From Blastocladiella emersonii ATCC 22665 (taxonomy: Eukaryota; Fungi; Blastocladiomycota), in contig JANHCV010000016.1 in assembly GCA_025594325.1 (NCBI GenBank), forward strand, positions 496,001-560,000: a stretch of DNA of 64,000 nucleotides, written 5' to 3'. Shown piece by piece: positions 12,858-24,172 of the stretch. The position numbers and the translations under genes were made by a program. The notes below the pieces were generated by a model. The model saw only the letters and a list, made by a program, of their open reading frames with translations. It was not told the DNA's origin and made no database searches. Numbering within the stretch: position 1 is the first letter of the stretch; each line of letters opens with the position of its first letter.

Positions 12858-13348
12858 ATGAGCTTCCTCGGCGCCTTCCGCTCCAGCCTGGTCCAGCTCG
12901 GCGGCCGCCTCAAGTGCGCTCTTCTCGCTGCTGCACCTTGTGATGCTAGGACCCACGGCTGACCCCGCGGCGTATCCTCCCCTCGCGTAGCAAGATCCCA
13001 TGGCGCATGTCCACCACGCGCAAGGCTAACATGCGCAAGCGCCTGCGTGCCGTCGACGACGTGGTGGGCACCCTCAACACGTCCGGTGTGCACTTCAAGG
13101 CTCTGGTGCGCTTGCCTCCTTGCTCGCTATACCCGCGTCACCGCGTCCTAACCCCTGACCGCACCACCCCCGAACAGGACGAGGCCCTCAAGGTCCCGAC
13201 CGAGGCCGCCATGAACTCGCGCAACAAGTACTGGGTCTTTGCCCGCAACCACCCGGGCCTCAAGAAGGCCGCCCACAAGGTCCCCAAGTTCACCAAGGTC
13301 GAGCTCCCGCGCGAGTGGCCAGTCGGCCTCCGCAAGATGCTCAAGTAA
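12858..13348 (+). CDS. MRPL31: Mitochondrial large-subunit ribosomal protein L31 (mL60), 3 exons
   Basis: Exons 12858-12913, 12991-13105, 13178-13348 give MSFLGAFRSSLVQLGGRLNKIPWRMSTTRKANMRKRLRAVDDVV...NKYWVFARNHPGLKKAAHKVPKFTK. This matches the fungal Mrpl31 pattern (KIPWRMS; KYW; HKVPKWT). Confidence 0.85.
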
Positions 13349-13460
13349 ATCCTCATCTTGCCCGCTTCTCGTTCCCCTCATATTAGCTGATGTACACACT
13401 TTTTTTGGTTTCACTTTCGCTCGTACGGATCGATCGATTCACACCCAAGACGACTCCTAT

Positions 13461-16400
13461 TCACTCGTTCTCAATCACCAGCTCGCCCGCCGCCATCATC
13501 GGGGACGCCACGAGCGGCGACGACGTGACGGGTACTGGCGGTGTCGGCGTCCTCCTCGGCGTCGCAGGCATTCCAGACGCGGCCGGCGTCATGGCAAGGA
13601 GCGACCCGCTACCAGACACGAACAGCGACCCGGACCTCAGCGGCCCTCCCGCGTCGAACAGCTGTTCGATGCGCGCCTTCCACTCGTCCGGGTTCGTCAT
13701 GCGCTCGAGCTGCTCAGTCATGCGCGCCGTGTGCTCGCCGCTGCCGATCCCGAGCGTCCCAATGCGGGTCGGCATGCTCATCATGATCGACGCGCGCGCA
13801 GCGTCCCCGCTGCTCGTCGCGATCGGGGACGAGGACAGGAGCGCGAGCGTCTCTGACCCGACGCCGACCGCGGAGCGCGCCCGCGGCCACACCCACCGGA
13901 CGGGCGCCGACACGAACCACAGCACGCTGCGCACCGCGCGGATCGCGAGGAGGACTGCCCAGAGCAGCGCCGAAAGGCCCGCGAGGAGGTAGCTGAGCAG
14001 CGTGTACGCCGTCTCGAGCACCGCGTCGTCGCCCGGCGCGCGTCGCGTCCGGCCCAGCGCGTGGTCCTCGACGCGCTTGATCTACACCCGCGGGAGTCAG
14101 TCCCGTGCACGTTGAAACCGACCAGGAACTGTGAGCGTACCGTCTGGAGATACTTGCCGTTGATATCCCACTGCAGGTCCTCCATCATCCCCGCAAGCCC
14201 GTCCGCCTCGCCTTCAATTTCACGCTGCGTGTCGCGCGCCACTGCAAGGTCGCGCTCGGCGCGCTGCAGCGCCGAGTCCCACGCCGCGAGCACCTTGCCG
14301 ATCTCGGGCACCGCCGTCCACGCCGCGCGCACCTCGCCCGCTCGTTTTGCCGCGTCGCTCGCGACCGCTGACGCCCGCGAACACGCTCCGCGTACGTCGT
14401 CGAGCAGCTGCACGCCCGCGGTATCGAGCGCGTCGAGCCGCGGCGCTACCGAGTCCCCGAGGACCCGCGCGGTGCGCGCCGTCGCGAGGATCACGGCACG
14501 GTCGGCAGATGACAAAGTCCACGCGGGGAGGTCGAGCACGGCGGCGGTCGCGGGAGTCCACGAGTCGATGGTCGCGAGCCGCGACGGCTGGCTGTTGCTC
14601 GAGTCGCCGAGTGCGGCGGGGTCGACGGGGTCGGGGACGAATGCCGGGGGTGGGAGCACGAGCGCGCCGAGTCCCGTCTCCTCGTCCGCCACGTCGTCGT
14701 CGCCGCCGCCGTTGTGCACGACGACCAGCGAGCCCGACTTGGGCAGCGTGCCCGGGATCGTCTCGAGCGCGCCGCCGCCGTACGCCGCGTACTTGGGCGA
14801 CGTCGCGGACGGCGGCAGCGGGCCCATGCGCGGCGAGTTGATGGGCACCGACCGCCGGCGCCCCGACTGCACCCGCACGGGCTGCTGCTGGTTGACCGGT
14901 TCAGCTGCGTCCCGCGTCGCGACGGTCGGCTCGCTCCCGCCGACGTGCCCGCCGCTGCTGCTGCGCCCCGATGTCGACGGGAGGCGGTGCTGCGACGCGC
15001 CGGTCCCCGCCGTCGACCCGATCGCTCCGCCGCTCCCCATCGCGTGCTCCCCCGACGCCGACGAGGCATACATGGACGACCCCGGGATCGCGCCGAGCGG
15101 GGCGAGATCGCCCGCGCCATCGAGACCCGGTGCACTCGCTGCACGCGCCGCGCGGGTGAGCCGCGTATCGACGCTCGACTCGAGCGACTCGGCCGACGAC
15201 GGCGGGGCCGTGGCAAGAGACAGGTCGAGCGCGAGCTCGCCGTTCTCGACCTCCCACTCGCACCACCGGCGGCGGCGGCCGAACGGGAACCCACTGCCGG
15301 GCGCTGCGGCGGCGGCAGGAGCGGTCGCGGACTGCGGAGTGGCAGCGGCGCCACCGGCACGCAGCGGCGACGACTCGGAGCCCGACGAGAAGACGGACTG
15401 CGCGGTCGTCGACACGGACAGGTTCTTGCGGTGCAGCGGCGGCGGCGCGGGTGCGGTCTGCGCGGCCTGGGCCGGGGATAGTGGGTGGTGCGGGTGGTAA
15501 CGGCTGCCCGAGTGCGACGGCTGTTGGAGGTACCGGCGGCGCAGCGCGCGGAGCGGGTTGTACCCCGGCGGGGTTGGCGGGACCGCGGACTCGGATCCCG
15601 CAGCGGAGGCGTCGGGCAGCGCGGCGTACACGGACGCGTAGCGGTCGGAGAGGTACGCCTTGACCTGAGCCGCGCGGTCGAGGGCCGCGGGCGACGCGGG
15701 CGGGAGAGCGCCAGGCACGCTCGAGGAATTCGGGGCACGCGCCGACGGCGGCGGGATGACGGTCGGGATGGGCGCGCCGCTCTCGACGGAGGCGCTGTTG
15801 AGCGGGACGCCGAACAGCGACGACGACGTGATGCCGCTAAGTAGGACGCGTGTGCGCCGTGCTGCGTCGGGGGTGACGGCGTCGGCGCTGCTGCCCGGCG
15901 GCGTGATGGCGCCTGACGACGCGGACGAGGAGAGCGGCAGGACGGCGCCGCTCGCGCGCGAGCTCGGCGACATGGCGGCGGCCCAGGCGGGCAGCATGGC
16001 CGAGTACGCCGACGAGGAGCGCGACATGCCCGACGGGTCGGTCGTGGCGGCGCTGCTGCTCGTGTTGCTCCCTGCCGCAGTACCCGCGCTGCGGCCCGAC
16101 GTGTTTGGCGACACGGATGCGGCCGTCAGCTGCAGCGCGAGCGCCAGGGCGGCGGCGTCGGGGATGGCCTGGTCGACGGCGCGCAGCAGGTCCGCGTCGG
16201 ATGCGGTCGTGGTCGCCGCGGCCGCCATGACGGGGTCGGCGGGAGCGCCACCCGTCGTTGCTGATGGTGTCTGCTGCGTCAGGAGCGACGGCAGGACGGG
16301 CCTCTGCGGGGTGCCCTGCGTCGCGGCAGCAGCATGCAGCGGCGGGTCGAGTGGCGCTCGGCGCGGCGGACTGCTCGACGCGACGACGGCGTTCCCCGCA

Positions 16401-16546
16401 ATAGCCGGGTCGCCAACCTCGCGCGTCGGCGCAGACGGTTGCTTCAGGAGCTGGCGCGTGAGGACGGCAGTGTTGCCGCGGTCGTCATCGTCGGAGCCCG
16501 AGGACGACGAGGACGAAAAGTCTTTGTTGCGCCATGACGGGAGCAT
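13461..16546 (-). CDS. Low-complexity protein with coiled coil and C-terminal membrane anchor; possibly Mtc4-like, 2 exons
   Basis: ATG 16546 (MLPSWRNKD). Intron 14082-14140 (GTACGC..CTGAC..GTGTAG) joins YLQT/IKRVEDH in frame to the hydrophobic ETAYTLLSYLLAGLSALLWAVLL. Conserved-looking islands AQVKAYLSDRY..YNPLRALRRR and WCEWEVENGEL. Confidence 0.65.
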
Positions 16547-16764
16547 GGCCGTGGCGGGCGGGATCCCCAGGCAGTGTCGATGCGTAGCGTTTTCCGTGTG
16601 CTTCGTGGTGATGAGAGGGAGAACGAGAGGGAGGATGAGAACTTCGCGAGGTCGAGGTCGGCGGCGACGGTCCCCCCGCAATCTCGCGCGCGGCTCGCGG
16701 CAGCACCCCCGGGGCCGCCCGGAAGATCAAGATCTACGTGCTAGCGAGTCTATTACATCCAAAA

Positions 16765-17667
16765 TCACCCGCTGGTGCGGAGGTTGACGGCGACACGCGT
16801 GCCCGGGACGTAGTACACGTCGCCGAGCGGAACACCGAGGCGCGCCTCGTCCATGGTGTAGAAGGGGGCCTCGCCGAGCGTGTCGTCGACCGAGGCCACG
16901 CCGGTGCGCGTGTCCGAGTCGATGAGGTACAGCCGCGGGGAGATCGCCGCCGTGGTTGCCGAGGCGTCGGTGCGTGCGCTCGCGACCCACACGGCGTTGC
17001 GCTGGGCCATGGCGCGCGGCGAGTAGACGACGGTGCTGTTGGCCTGGCAGAACCCGAGCGGGTACGGGAACGCGTCGGCGTCGAGCTTCGGGTACTCGAG
17101 TGCGTGGAAGACGAGGGCGACGGTGGTGGTGCCGGCGAGCGCCGGGTCGCGGCACGGCCGCCGCACCATCAAGTGTGCGTGCCACAGGTCGTACGGCGAC
17201 AGCGTGAGCCCCGTCCCCGCGCGCGGGCCGGCGATGGACTCGAACAGGCCGAGCACGTACTGCTCGAGCACGGGCGACTGCCACGGCGCGACGAGGGCCG
17301 CGCTCGACAGCACGCACCGCCCGAACGTCGGGAACGCAAACTGCGTGGTGCGATCGACCAGGCCGGCCGTCGCAGCCGTCGCGTTGGCTTCGGGCACGAG
17401 CCGCTGCGTCGCCGCGGTGACGAGCGCGCGGAGCGCCTGCTGCAACTTCGGATCGGCCACGGCCGGGGCGGCGAGCGCGCGAGCGTACTTGGGCGGGCGC
17501 GCCGCCGGCGCCTTGATGAGCGCATCCAGGAACGTGTCGCCCTCCTGGGTCGTGCACTTCGGGATGGCCGCCGAAGCGGAAGCGGGGACCGGGCTGGCTG
17601 ACACGGACACGGCCACGACGGCGAGGGCCGCCGCGAGGGCCAGCAGCAGCAGCGATCTATGCTTCAT
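16765..17667 (-). CDS. Secreted protein of unknown function (300 aa)
   Basis: Signal peptide MKHRSLLLLALAAALAVVAVSVSA; globular C-terminal region with LVFHALEYP..FPYPLGFCQ. Confidence 0.75.
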   Translation of the reverse strand: MKHRSLLLLALAAALAVVAVSVSASPVPASASAAIPKCTTQEGDTFLDALIKAPAARPPKYARALAAPAVADPKLQQALRALVTAATQRLVPEANATAATAGLVDRTTQFAFPTFGRCVLSSAALVAPWQSPVLEQYVLGLFESIAGPRAGTGLTLSPYDLWHAHLMVRRPCRDPALAGTTTVALVFHALEYPKLDADAFPYPLGFCQANSTVVYSPRAMAQRNAVWVASARTDASATTAAISPRLYLIDSDTRTGVASVDDTLGEAPFYTMDEARLGVPLGDVYYVPGTRVAVNLRTSG

Positions 17668-17834
17668 GGTTTCTATCGCCCGCCGGATCTATACTGCGTG
17701 TGATTCACTGAGGGAGAGGGGAGAGGAAGCTGAGGAGGATCGCCGTTGCGAGTTGTTCGGCTGCCGCTCGCTCTCGCTTCCGACCAAACCTCTTTCTTTC
17801 TCTCCGGCGAACACCACTCGCTGCAACGTAACTG

Positions 17835-19085
17835 ATGAACTCGCGGACACCGCCAGCGACGGCCGGCGCCAAGCCGCGCCCGTTCGTGCTGGCGTACCAG
17901 GACCTCGACAACGTCGACGCCCCGACGTCGCTGTGCCGCGACACGACGCACTCGTCGCAGAAGATCGCCATCGCCGCCGACGGCGTCACGGTGCGCGGCG
18001 ACAAGGGGTACCGCCAGGTCAAGGCCAACCACGGCGTCACCGAGGGCCGCTGGTACTTTGAGGTCACCGTCTCCGCCATGGCCGCCAACGACAACGCCCG
18101 CATCGGCTGGGCCACCATCGCCGCCGACCTGCAGGCACCGTGCGGCTTCGACGTCTTCTCGTACGGCTTCCGCGCGAGCCCCGGCACGCTGTTCCACGAC
18201 TCGCGCCCCGTCACCCCGCCCACCGTCCCGCCACCAGGCCTTGCCGCCGCACCCGCGCACGACGGCATGGACGTGGACGGTGCCAGCGCGCCGCCGCACC
18301 CGCTCGCGCAGGGGTACCGCGAGGGCGACGTGCTCGGCGTCATGATCTACCTGCCGCCCCCGACCCCCGAACAGCAGGTCTTGCTCAACGAGCGCCGCTG
18401 GATCCCGCCCACCACCTACAAGCAGATCAAGCTGCCGCTGCCCCTCCCGAAACTCGGGCCCAAGAGCGAGATCCGCTACTTCCGCAACGGCGTCGACCTC
18501 GGGCCCGCCTTCACCGACCTGAACCTCGGCAAGTACTACCCGGCCGTGTCGCTGTTCCGCGACGCCGAAGTCGTCGTCAACATGGGACCCAAGTTCAAGT
18601 TCCCGCCGCTCTCGCTCATCACCGAGGCCGAGCTGCCCATCATCCCGCTGCCGCCCGCCGTTACTCTGGCTGCCGCCCTCGCTGCGCAAGCGGCCGCTGC
18701 CGCGGGCGCGCCCCCGCCCGTCGACGAGGACGGCGTGCCGCGCCCCGCCAAGCTGCCGCCGCCCGAGGAGCTCGCCGCGCTCGAGGCCGCCGAGGTCAGC
18801 AACAAGCAGCGCCGCTTGTGGGCGTTCGACACCATGCACAACTACTCGCGGTGCTTCCCCGCGTCGCGCGTACGGGATCTCGCACCGTGCATCCCGGTGA
18901 TTCCTGTGGCGTCCGCGGGCGAGCCGGGTGCCGACGGGGCGGGTGTGCCCTACGCGACCGTCTCGCCGGTCCGCCCGACCTCGGCATCCACGTCCTCGCT
19001 CGTGCTACTCTCGCCCGGGCTGCGGCCGTCTCCCGTCCGCATCGCGCCGGCGGCACCGCTCGGTCCCATCCTATCGCCACGGTGA
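17835..19085 (+). CDS. ASH2: COMPASS/Set1C subunit Ash2/Bre2 (SPRY domain)
   Basis: GDKGYRQVKANHGVTEGRWYFEV, ARIGWA..ADLQAPCGFDVFSYG, GYREGDVLGVMIYLP, SEIRYFRNG, GKYYPAVSLF, VNMGPKFKFPP. Confidence 0.9.
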   Translation: MNSRTPPATAGAKPRPFVLAYQDLDNVDAPTSLCRDTTHSSQKIAIAADGVTVRGDKGYRQVKANHGVTEGRWYFEVTVSAMAANDNARIGWATIAADLQAPCGFDVFSYGFRASPGTLFHDSRPVTPPTVPPPGLAAAPAHDGMDVDGASAPPHPLAQGYREGDVLGVMIYLPPPTPEQQVLLNERRWIPPTTYKQIKLPLPLPKLGPKSEIRYFRNGVDLGPAFTDLNLGKYYPAVSLFRDAEVVVNMGPKFKFPPLSLITEAELPIIPLPPAVTLAAALAAQAAAAAGAPPPVDEDGVPRPAKLPPPEELAALEAAEVSNKQRRLWAFDTMHNYSRCFPASRVRDLAPCIPVIPVASAGEPGADGAGVPYATVSPVRPTSASTSSLVLLSPGLRPSPVRIAPAAPLGPILSPR

Positions 19086-19168
19086 CACTCGGCTACGAAG
19101 ACCACGGGAGTACATGAATAAATAGTTATTTACATCACACCCAGACGTGTACAGCGACACCACGAAAT

Positions 19169-22100
19169 CTAAAAGTCAAGGAGCCCGAATCGGCTCGACG
19201 CGCGGGTTGCCGCGGCCGACGCGGGGCGCGCCGGATCGCTCGCGAGGGCATCGCTGAACCGCGAGTGCGTTGACATGAGGTCCACGTCCTTGGCGAGGAG
19301 CGCCTCGATGCCGGCGCCGGCGCCCGTAGCCGAGGCGGGGCCGTGGACCGCGATGCCGAGCCCGCCGCTGCCCTCGAGGTCGTCGTCAAACGAGAACAGT
19401 CCGCTGCCTGACTTGCCCGTGGCGGTACCGCCGAGGATGCCGAACGACGGCAGGAAACCGCTTGTCGGGCGAGGGGCGGAGAAGGCCGGCGGTGCTGGAG
19501 CCGATGGAAGGAACGGCAGAAGCATCGGCACAGCGGGAGCCGAGGGAGGGACGGGCGCGCCAGAGGAGGTCGAGGCGGCGACGGGGGCGACAAGTGCGGT
19601 TGGAGCTGTCGGCGGCGCGCAGGGAGCCGGGTGCAGAGCGACGGCGGGTATTGATTCGGGTTGAGGAAGGGGAGATGGCGACCGTGCTGCGAGCGAGAGT
19701 GGCGGGGCGGGCGCCGAATGCGCCACGGGTCGCGGCGAAGGCGCAGAAGGGGATATCGGAGCCGCGACAGCTGGAGCTACGATGGCGGAAGGAATCTCGG
19801 CGACATTGGACGACAGCTTGATCGGGCTGTCGTGCTTGGGCACAAGCGTAGCGCGCGAGAGGAGATCCGAGACCGCTGCGACGTTGGTTGGTGAGGCGGA
19901 CGTCGCCGGTGCCAGTACAGTCGGCGGCGAGTCTGGGCGAGGCCGCCCTGGCGTCGGACCCATAGCGGGCGACGTCAACTGGCCGCACGAGGGAACTGTG
20001 ATCGGCGGCGACGGTGGCGAGGGCGGCGAGGGTGGCAAGCGAGCGGGAGCGGACACGACTGGCGGTGCCGGTGCCGGCGAGGACGCCGGCTGCGAGCCGA
20101 GCGCGGCGTCTTGGGCTGGCGCGGGTCGGTCGACTGGATTCGCCGCCGCCACCGCAGCCGGAGACTTGCGCAAAGCAGCAGCCGGCGCAGTTGAAGGACG
20201 TGGCGAGACGGCCGAGTCGCGGCGGCCAGTCGAACCCGGGAAGCTCGACGTGGCCACGGAGTGCGAAAGTGGCGTTCCAGAAGCAGCCGCGGGCGGCGTA
20301 GCAGTCACTGAGGCCGCGTGCGCCCGCGTGTCGACACGAGGTGAAGGCTGACTCGGGGTCGTTGCTGACGGGGAGGCTCGAGGCTCCGAAAGCTGCGACA
20401 CGCTACGCCGATTCGAGGATGGTGTCGCCTGCGGGATCGTGTCGGGCGAGGCCACACGCCGGCGTTTCGACGCCGATCCAGATAGCCCGGGGCTCGCGTT
20501 GAGCGCGGCGGGCTCATCGAGAAGCGACGAGCTGCGCTTGCGCGAAGCGAGCGCGGTGAGCGGGATCTGCGAGTGCGGCGTCATGGCGACCGGCTTGTCA
20601 ATCTCCTGGGTGCCCTGCGACTGTGACCGGGCCGCGCGGGCGAGCAGCGTCATGGGACGGAGCAGGTCCGACGACGAGGAGGGGGAGGGCGTCGTCTGCG
20701 AGCGACCGAGCGAGGCGCGGCCAGTGAGACGCAGGTTGGTCGAGGCGGGTTTCGCAGTCGAGGACACGACGGACGGCTGCGACTGCGGCGTCTTGTCGGC
20801 GACGAGCACCGTGCGGGTCGCGAGCGAGGGGGTCGGTGGTGCGCGCGGGGAGACGGTCTCAGCGCGACGCATGGCCGCGGAGAGCGCGAGCGCTCCACCG
20901 GAACCGGCGCGCAGCTGAGCGCTGGGTGTCTCACGCGAGCGATCCGAGACATTGACCGAAGCAGGTGCGGGAGATGGGGTCGGAACGCTCGACGGGCTGA
21001 GGAGCAAGCGCTTGCCGAGAAGCGGCGAGGGTACAGCGGCAGCGGGAGCCGAGCGCGGTGCAGCGAGATGTTGCGAGGGACGCGGTGCCGTGGCAGGTCT
21101 CTCGGGTGCGACAGTGGGCGGCGGTGGTGGTGCGACAGCGGGCGGTTGCGACTGCACCGGAACGCTGCCACGTCGCGGGTCGACCAGCGCCGGCTGCACG
21201 GCAAGCGGTGGTGGTGGTGACGGCGGATTCCCGGAGGAGAAAACGGATTGAGAAGCCCGAGGCGCAGAAGCAGGTCGAGATGCGGACGACGACCGTGACG
21301 CAGGAACAGGAGCAAAAGTAGAGGCGAACCGAGTGGTGGGCGCCGACGCGACCCGAGATGCGGGAAACTCGACCTGGATGGGGACGGTTGGGGTTCCCAG
21401 CACGGAGCGAGGAACGGTTGGCGGCCGAGTTCTAGGTGCTGAGCTGGGGCGAATGACGATCCGCGGCGGCGCCGTCGGCGGGGCGATCACGGTGCCCTTG
21501 CGCGCGTCAACGCGCGGAGCCGAAGTCGCGGTCGATGAGGGGACGGTGGCGGGAGGTGGTCCACGCGCGGGCGTCGCGCGCGAAGGAGGAAGCGTCGCAG
21601 GTGACTGACGCTGCGGCACCTCGAGCGGCGACATGACTCGGGCGGGGGTGGCCGAAGCCGAGACAGACGGAAGGCGAAGCTTCGGTGCCGAGGGGGTGGG
21701 GTGCGCAGTGTCGGGCGGAGGAAGTTTGTGCGGGGTCGAGCCGGCATGGGCAGTGTTGTACGACAGCGGAGCAGCACCAGAAGCAGGAACGGGCGCCGTG
21801 GGCGTCCTTTGGGTAGTCGCAGGGTGGGCAGTCGCAGGACGGGAAGTGCTTCCGGGTCGGCGAGCCGAGATAGGGCGAGGTTTCGGGATCGAGGAAGCGG
21901 GAGTCGCTCCGGGCGTCGTTGCGGGAACGAGAGCGGGCGCGGGGGTAGCGGCAGGTGCCGGGCCGGCCGCTAGGGGCGGAGGAGCGACATTGCCGGCACG
22001 CGGAGCAGGCGTGGACGTTGCAGCAGGGCGCGAAGCAGACGGTGCGGTACCGGTAGGACGTGGAGCCGGCGTGGAAGTAGCGGAAGCGCGTCGCGAAGCA

Positions 22101-22704
22101 GGTGTTTCCGTCGCACCAGCGGGCAAAGCGGGTGTCCCCATTGCGGCAAGACGCGGAGCCGGAGTGGCAGTAGCGGAAGCGCGCGGAGCGGGCGTTCCCG
22201 TCGCGGTAGCACGCGGAGCAGGTGTTCGCGTCGCGGCAGGATGCGGACCCGGCGTAGTGGAAGCGGAAGCACGCGGAGCAGGCGCTCCTGCTGCACTCGC
22301 GCGCGGTGTGGACGTTCCATTCGCGGTTGGACGGGAAGCCGGCGTAGTGGCTGCCGAGGTCACGGCGGCAGTGCCGGGCGCCGCGTATTTGGGCACAAAG
22401 GGCTACATGCGGACGTCGTGCGTGAGCAGCGGGTCCAGCAGGAGCCAGTTTCGAGGCGGAAACGCACTCGTTTGGTGTGGTTGTTGGACCAGTGGAGCTG
22501 GTAGCCGGCGAGCGACACGAGCGGCTTCGGGCCGAGCTCCCGCTTGGACTGCTGCACGAGGAGGAGCAGGTTGGCGCTGAGCGGGGGCAACTTGGGCGGC
22601 GGGCGAGCGCCCCCGCGGAGAGCGACCTTGCCCGTGCGGCGGAGGCCCGATACGATCCGAGGCGCGGCGGCGGGCCGGGGCAGATTCGAGCGCGTCGAGG
22701 ACAT
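19169..22704 (-). CDS. Pro/Ala/Ser/Thr-rich disordered protein of unknown function, 2 exons
   Basis: ORF 22360-22704 is joined to the 1075-aa ORF by an intron GTGCGT..GCTCAC..ATGTAG (HTKR/PFVPKY in frame). Confidence 0.7.
21990..22350 (-). repeat. Degenerate ~30-bp coding tandem repeat (TPAPRASATG-like decapeptide)
   Basis: The translation shows roughly 10 successive units (TPAPRATATG, TPAPRASATA, TPAPRLAAMG, TPASRRASAT, TPAPRPTG...). Confidence 0.7.
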
Positions 22705-23068
22705 TGCGCCGAGTTGTCGGTTGACTAGAGATACATTGGCGTCTGGGTGGTGGGTGGCGGAGCAGCAAACGCGCGAGTCACTCGAAATCCAAGGTGAATC
22801 GATGGCCTGCCACGCCCATCAGCACCGACGCGTCGCCCGCATGCAGGTGACAGCGCGCGACGTCGACAGCGACGAAGACTCTGCGCGGCCCGCTCGAACT
22901 CCTTCTCTCCGCCTCCATCCCCACAATGTAGCATCCACGGAGAACCCGTGAAACACTGTGCAACGCGGCCGACCGCATAAAGTCTCCCCGATCCCCGCGC
23001 TCCCAGCTCGACCCGCTGTCCGATCACCGCTCCTCCCCCCGCCGGCCGCTGTACCCTCCCTTCCCAAC

Positions 23069-24172
23069 ATGACCGTCACGACCCCTACTGCCGCCCCGGC
23101 TCTCGCCCCCTCGGTCCCGGTCCCTGCTGCCGACGACATCTTTGCCCAGGTCCACGCCACGTGCGCTGCCCTCGCCGAGTCGCGCGGCCTGCTCACCGAC
23201 GCCGAGGCCGGCCGTCGCTTCCTCAACGAGACCCTCACCCGCGACGTGTACGACGAGCTGGTCTCCGCCTCGTTCCGGACGCTCCCGCTGCGCTTCGACT
23301 CGGACCTCGAGCACGTCAACTTCCTCGCCGTGCGCGCCCTGCTCAACTTTGGCAGCGGGTACCGCGCCGAGCTCAAGGCGCTGACGGGCCGCGGCGCGTG
23401 GGAGAACATCCAGTTCCTGCTCATGGCCATGCACCTCGACAGCGAGCGTCTCGACGCCAAGCGCCTGGCCTCGATCTCGTCGCACGAGGTAGCCTCGCTC
23501 GCCAACCTGCCCACCCACGTCGACGCGCCCACGGGCATGCCCGGCATCACCATGTCGGCGCCCTCGCCCGCTGCCCCGCTCATTGACCTCCTGACGCGCG
23601 CCCTCAACGACACGGGCCGCACACTGCTCGAGATCGGGTCGCCCTCGCTCGGCCACTTTGTCATGCAGGCGATTGGCGACTCGCGCCGCGCCGCCCGCCT
23701 CGTCAGCGCCCTCGCTTCCACGTTCCCCGTGTTCCGCGACGTGGCCGCGCTCCCGTCGGGCGAGCCCGTGTACCTCCTCAAGAAGGCCCAGTACCTCGCC
23801 ATGGACCTGCAGCACCTGATGCCGCACCTCGACGCCGTGCAGTGGGTCGACGCCGCCGACATTGGCATCCCGAGCGACAATGTGATTCCCTCGGTTCTCG
23901 TGCACCTCGACATCGTGGTGCTCCCGCTCGCCCTGCGCCAGCTCCTCGCCGACGCGACCTCGCCCGACGGCCGCGCCATCACGGTCGACGCCCCAACCAT
24001 GGCTGCCCTGCGCGCCGCCAGTGTCGCGGCGATCCGCGAGATCACCCCGCACTCGCCGTTCGAGCCGCGGTCGACGGTTGTCCTCGGATCCATTGTGTGG
24101 GCGTGGGCCAAGCACGGCGACAACCGCACCAAGATCCCGCGCCTGACGCTCAAGGAGACGTGCATGTTCTGA
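23069..24172 (+). CDS. Queuosine salvage family protein (Qng1/DUF2419-like)
   Basis: VNFLAVRALLNFGSGYR..GRGAWENI, FPVFRD, VYLLKKAQYLAMDL, IPSDNVIPSVLVHLDIV, LRAASVAA. ATG 23069 chosen. Confidence 0.75.
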   Translation: MTVTTPTAAPALAPSVPVPAADDIFAQVHATCAALAESRGLLTDAEAGRRFLNETLTRDVYDELVSASFRTLPLRFDSDLEHVNFLAVRALLNFGSGYRAELKALTGRGAWENIQFLLMAMHLDSERLDAKRLASISSHEVASLANLPTHVDAPTGMPGITMSAPSPAAPLIDLLTRALNDTGRTLLEIGSPSLGHFVMQAIGDSRRAARLVSALASTFPVFRDVAALPSGEPVYLLKKAQYLAMDLQHLMPHLDAVQWVDAADIGIPSDNVIPSVLVHLDIVVLPLALRQLLADATSPDGRAITVDAPTMAALRAASVAAIREITPHSPFEPRSTVVLGSIVWAWAKHGDNRTKIPRLTLKETCMF

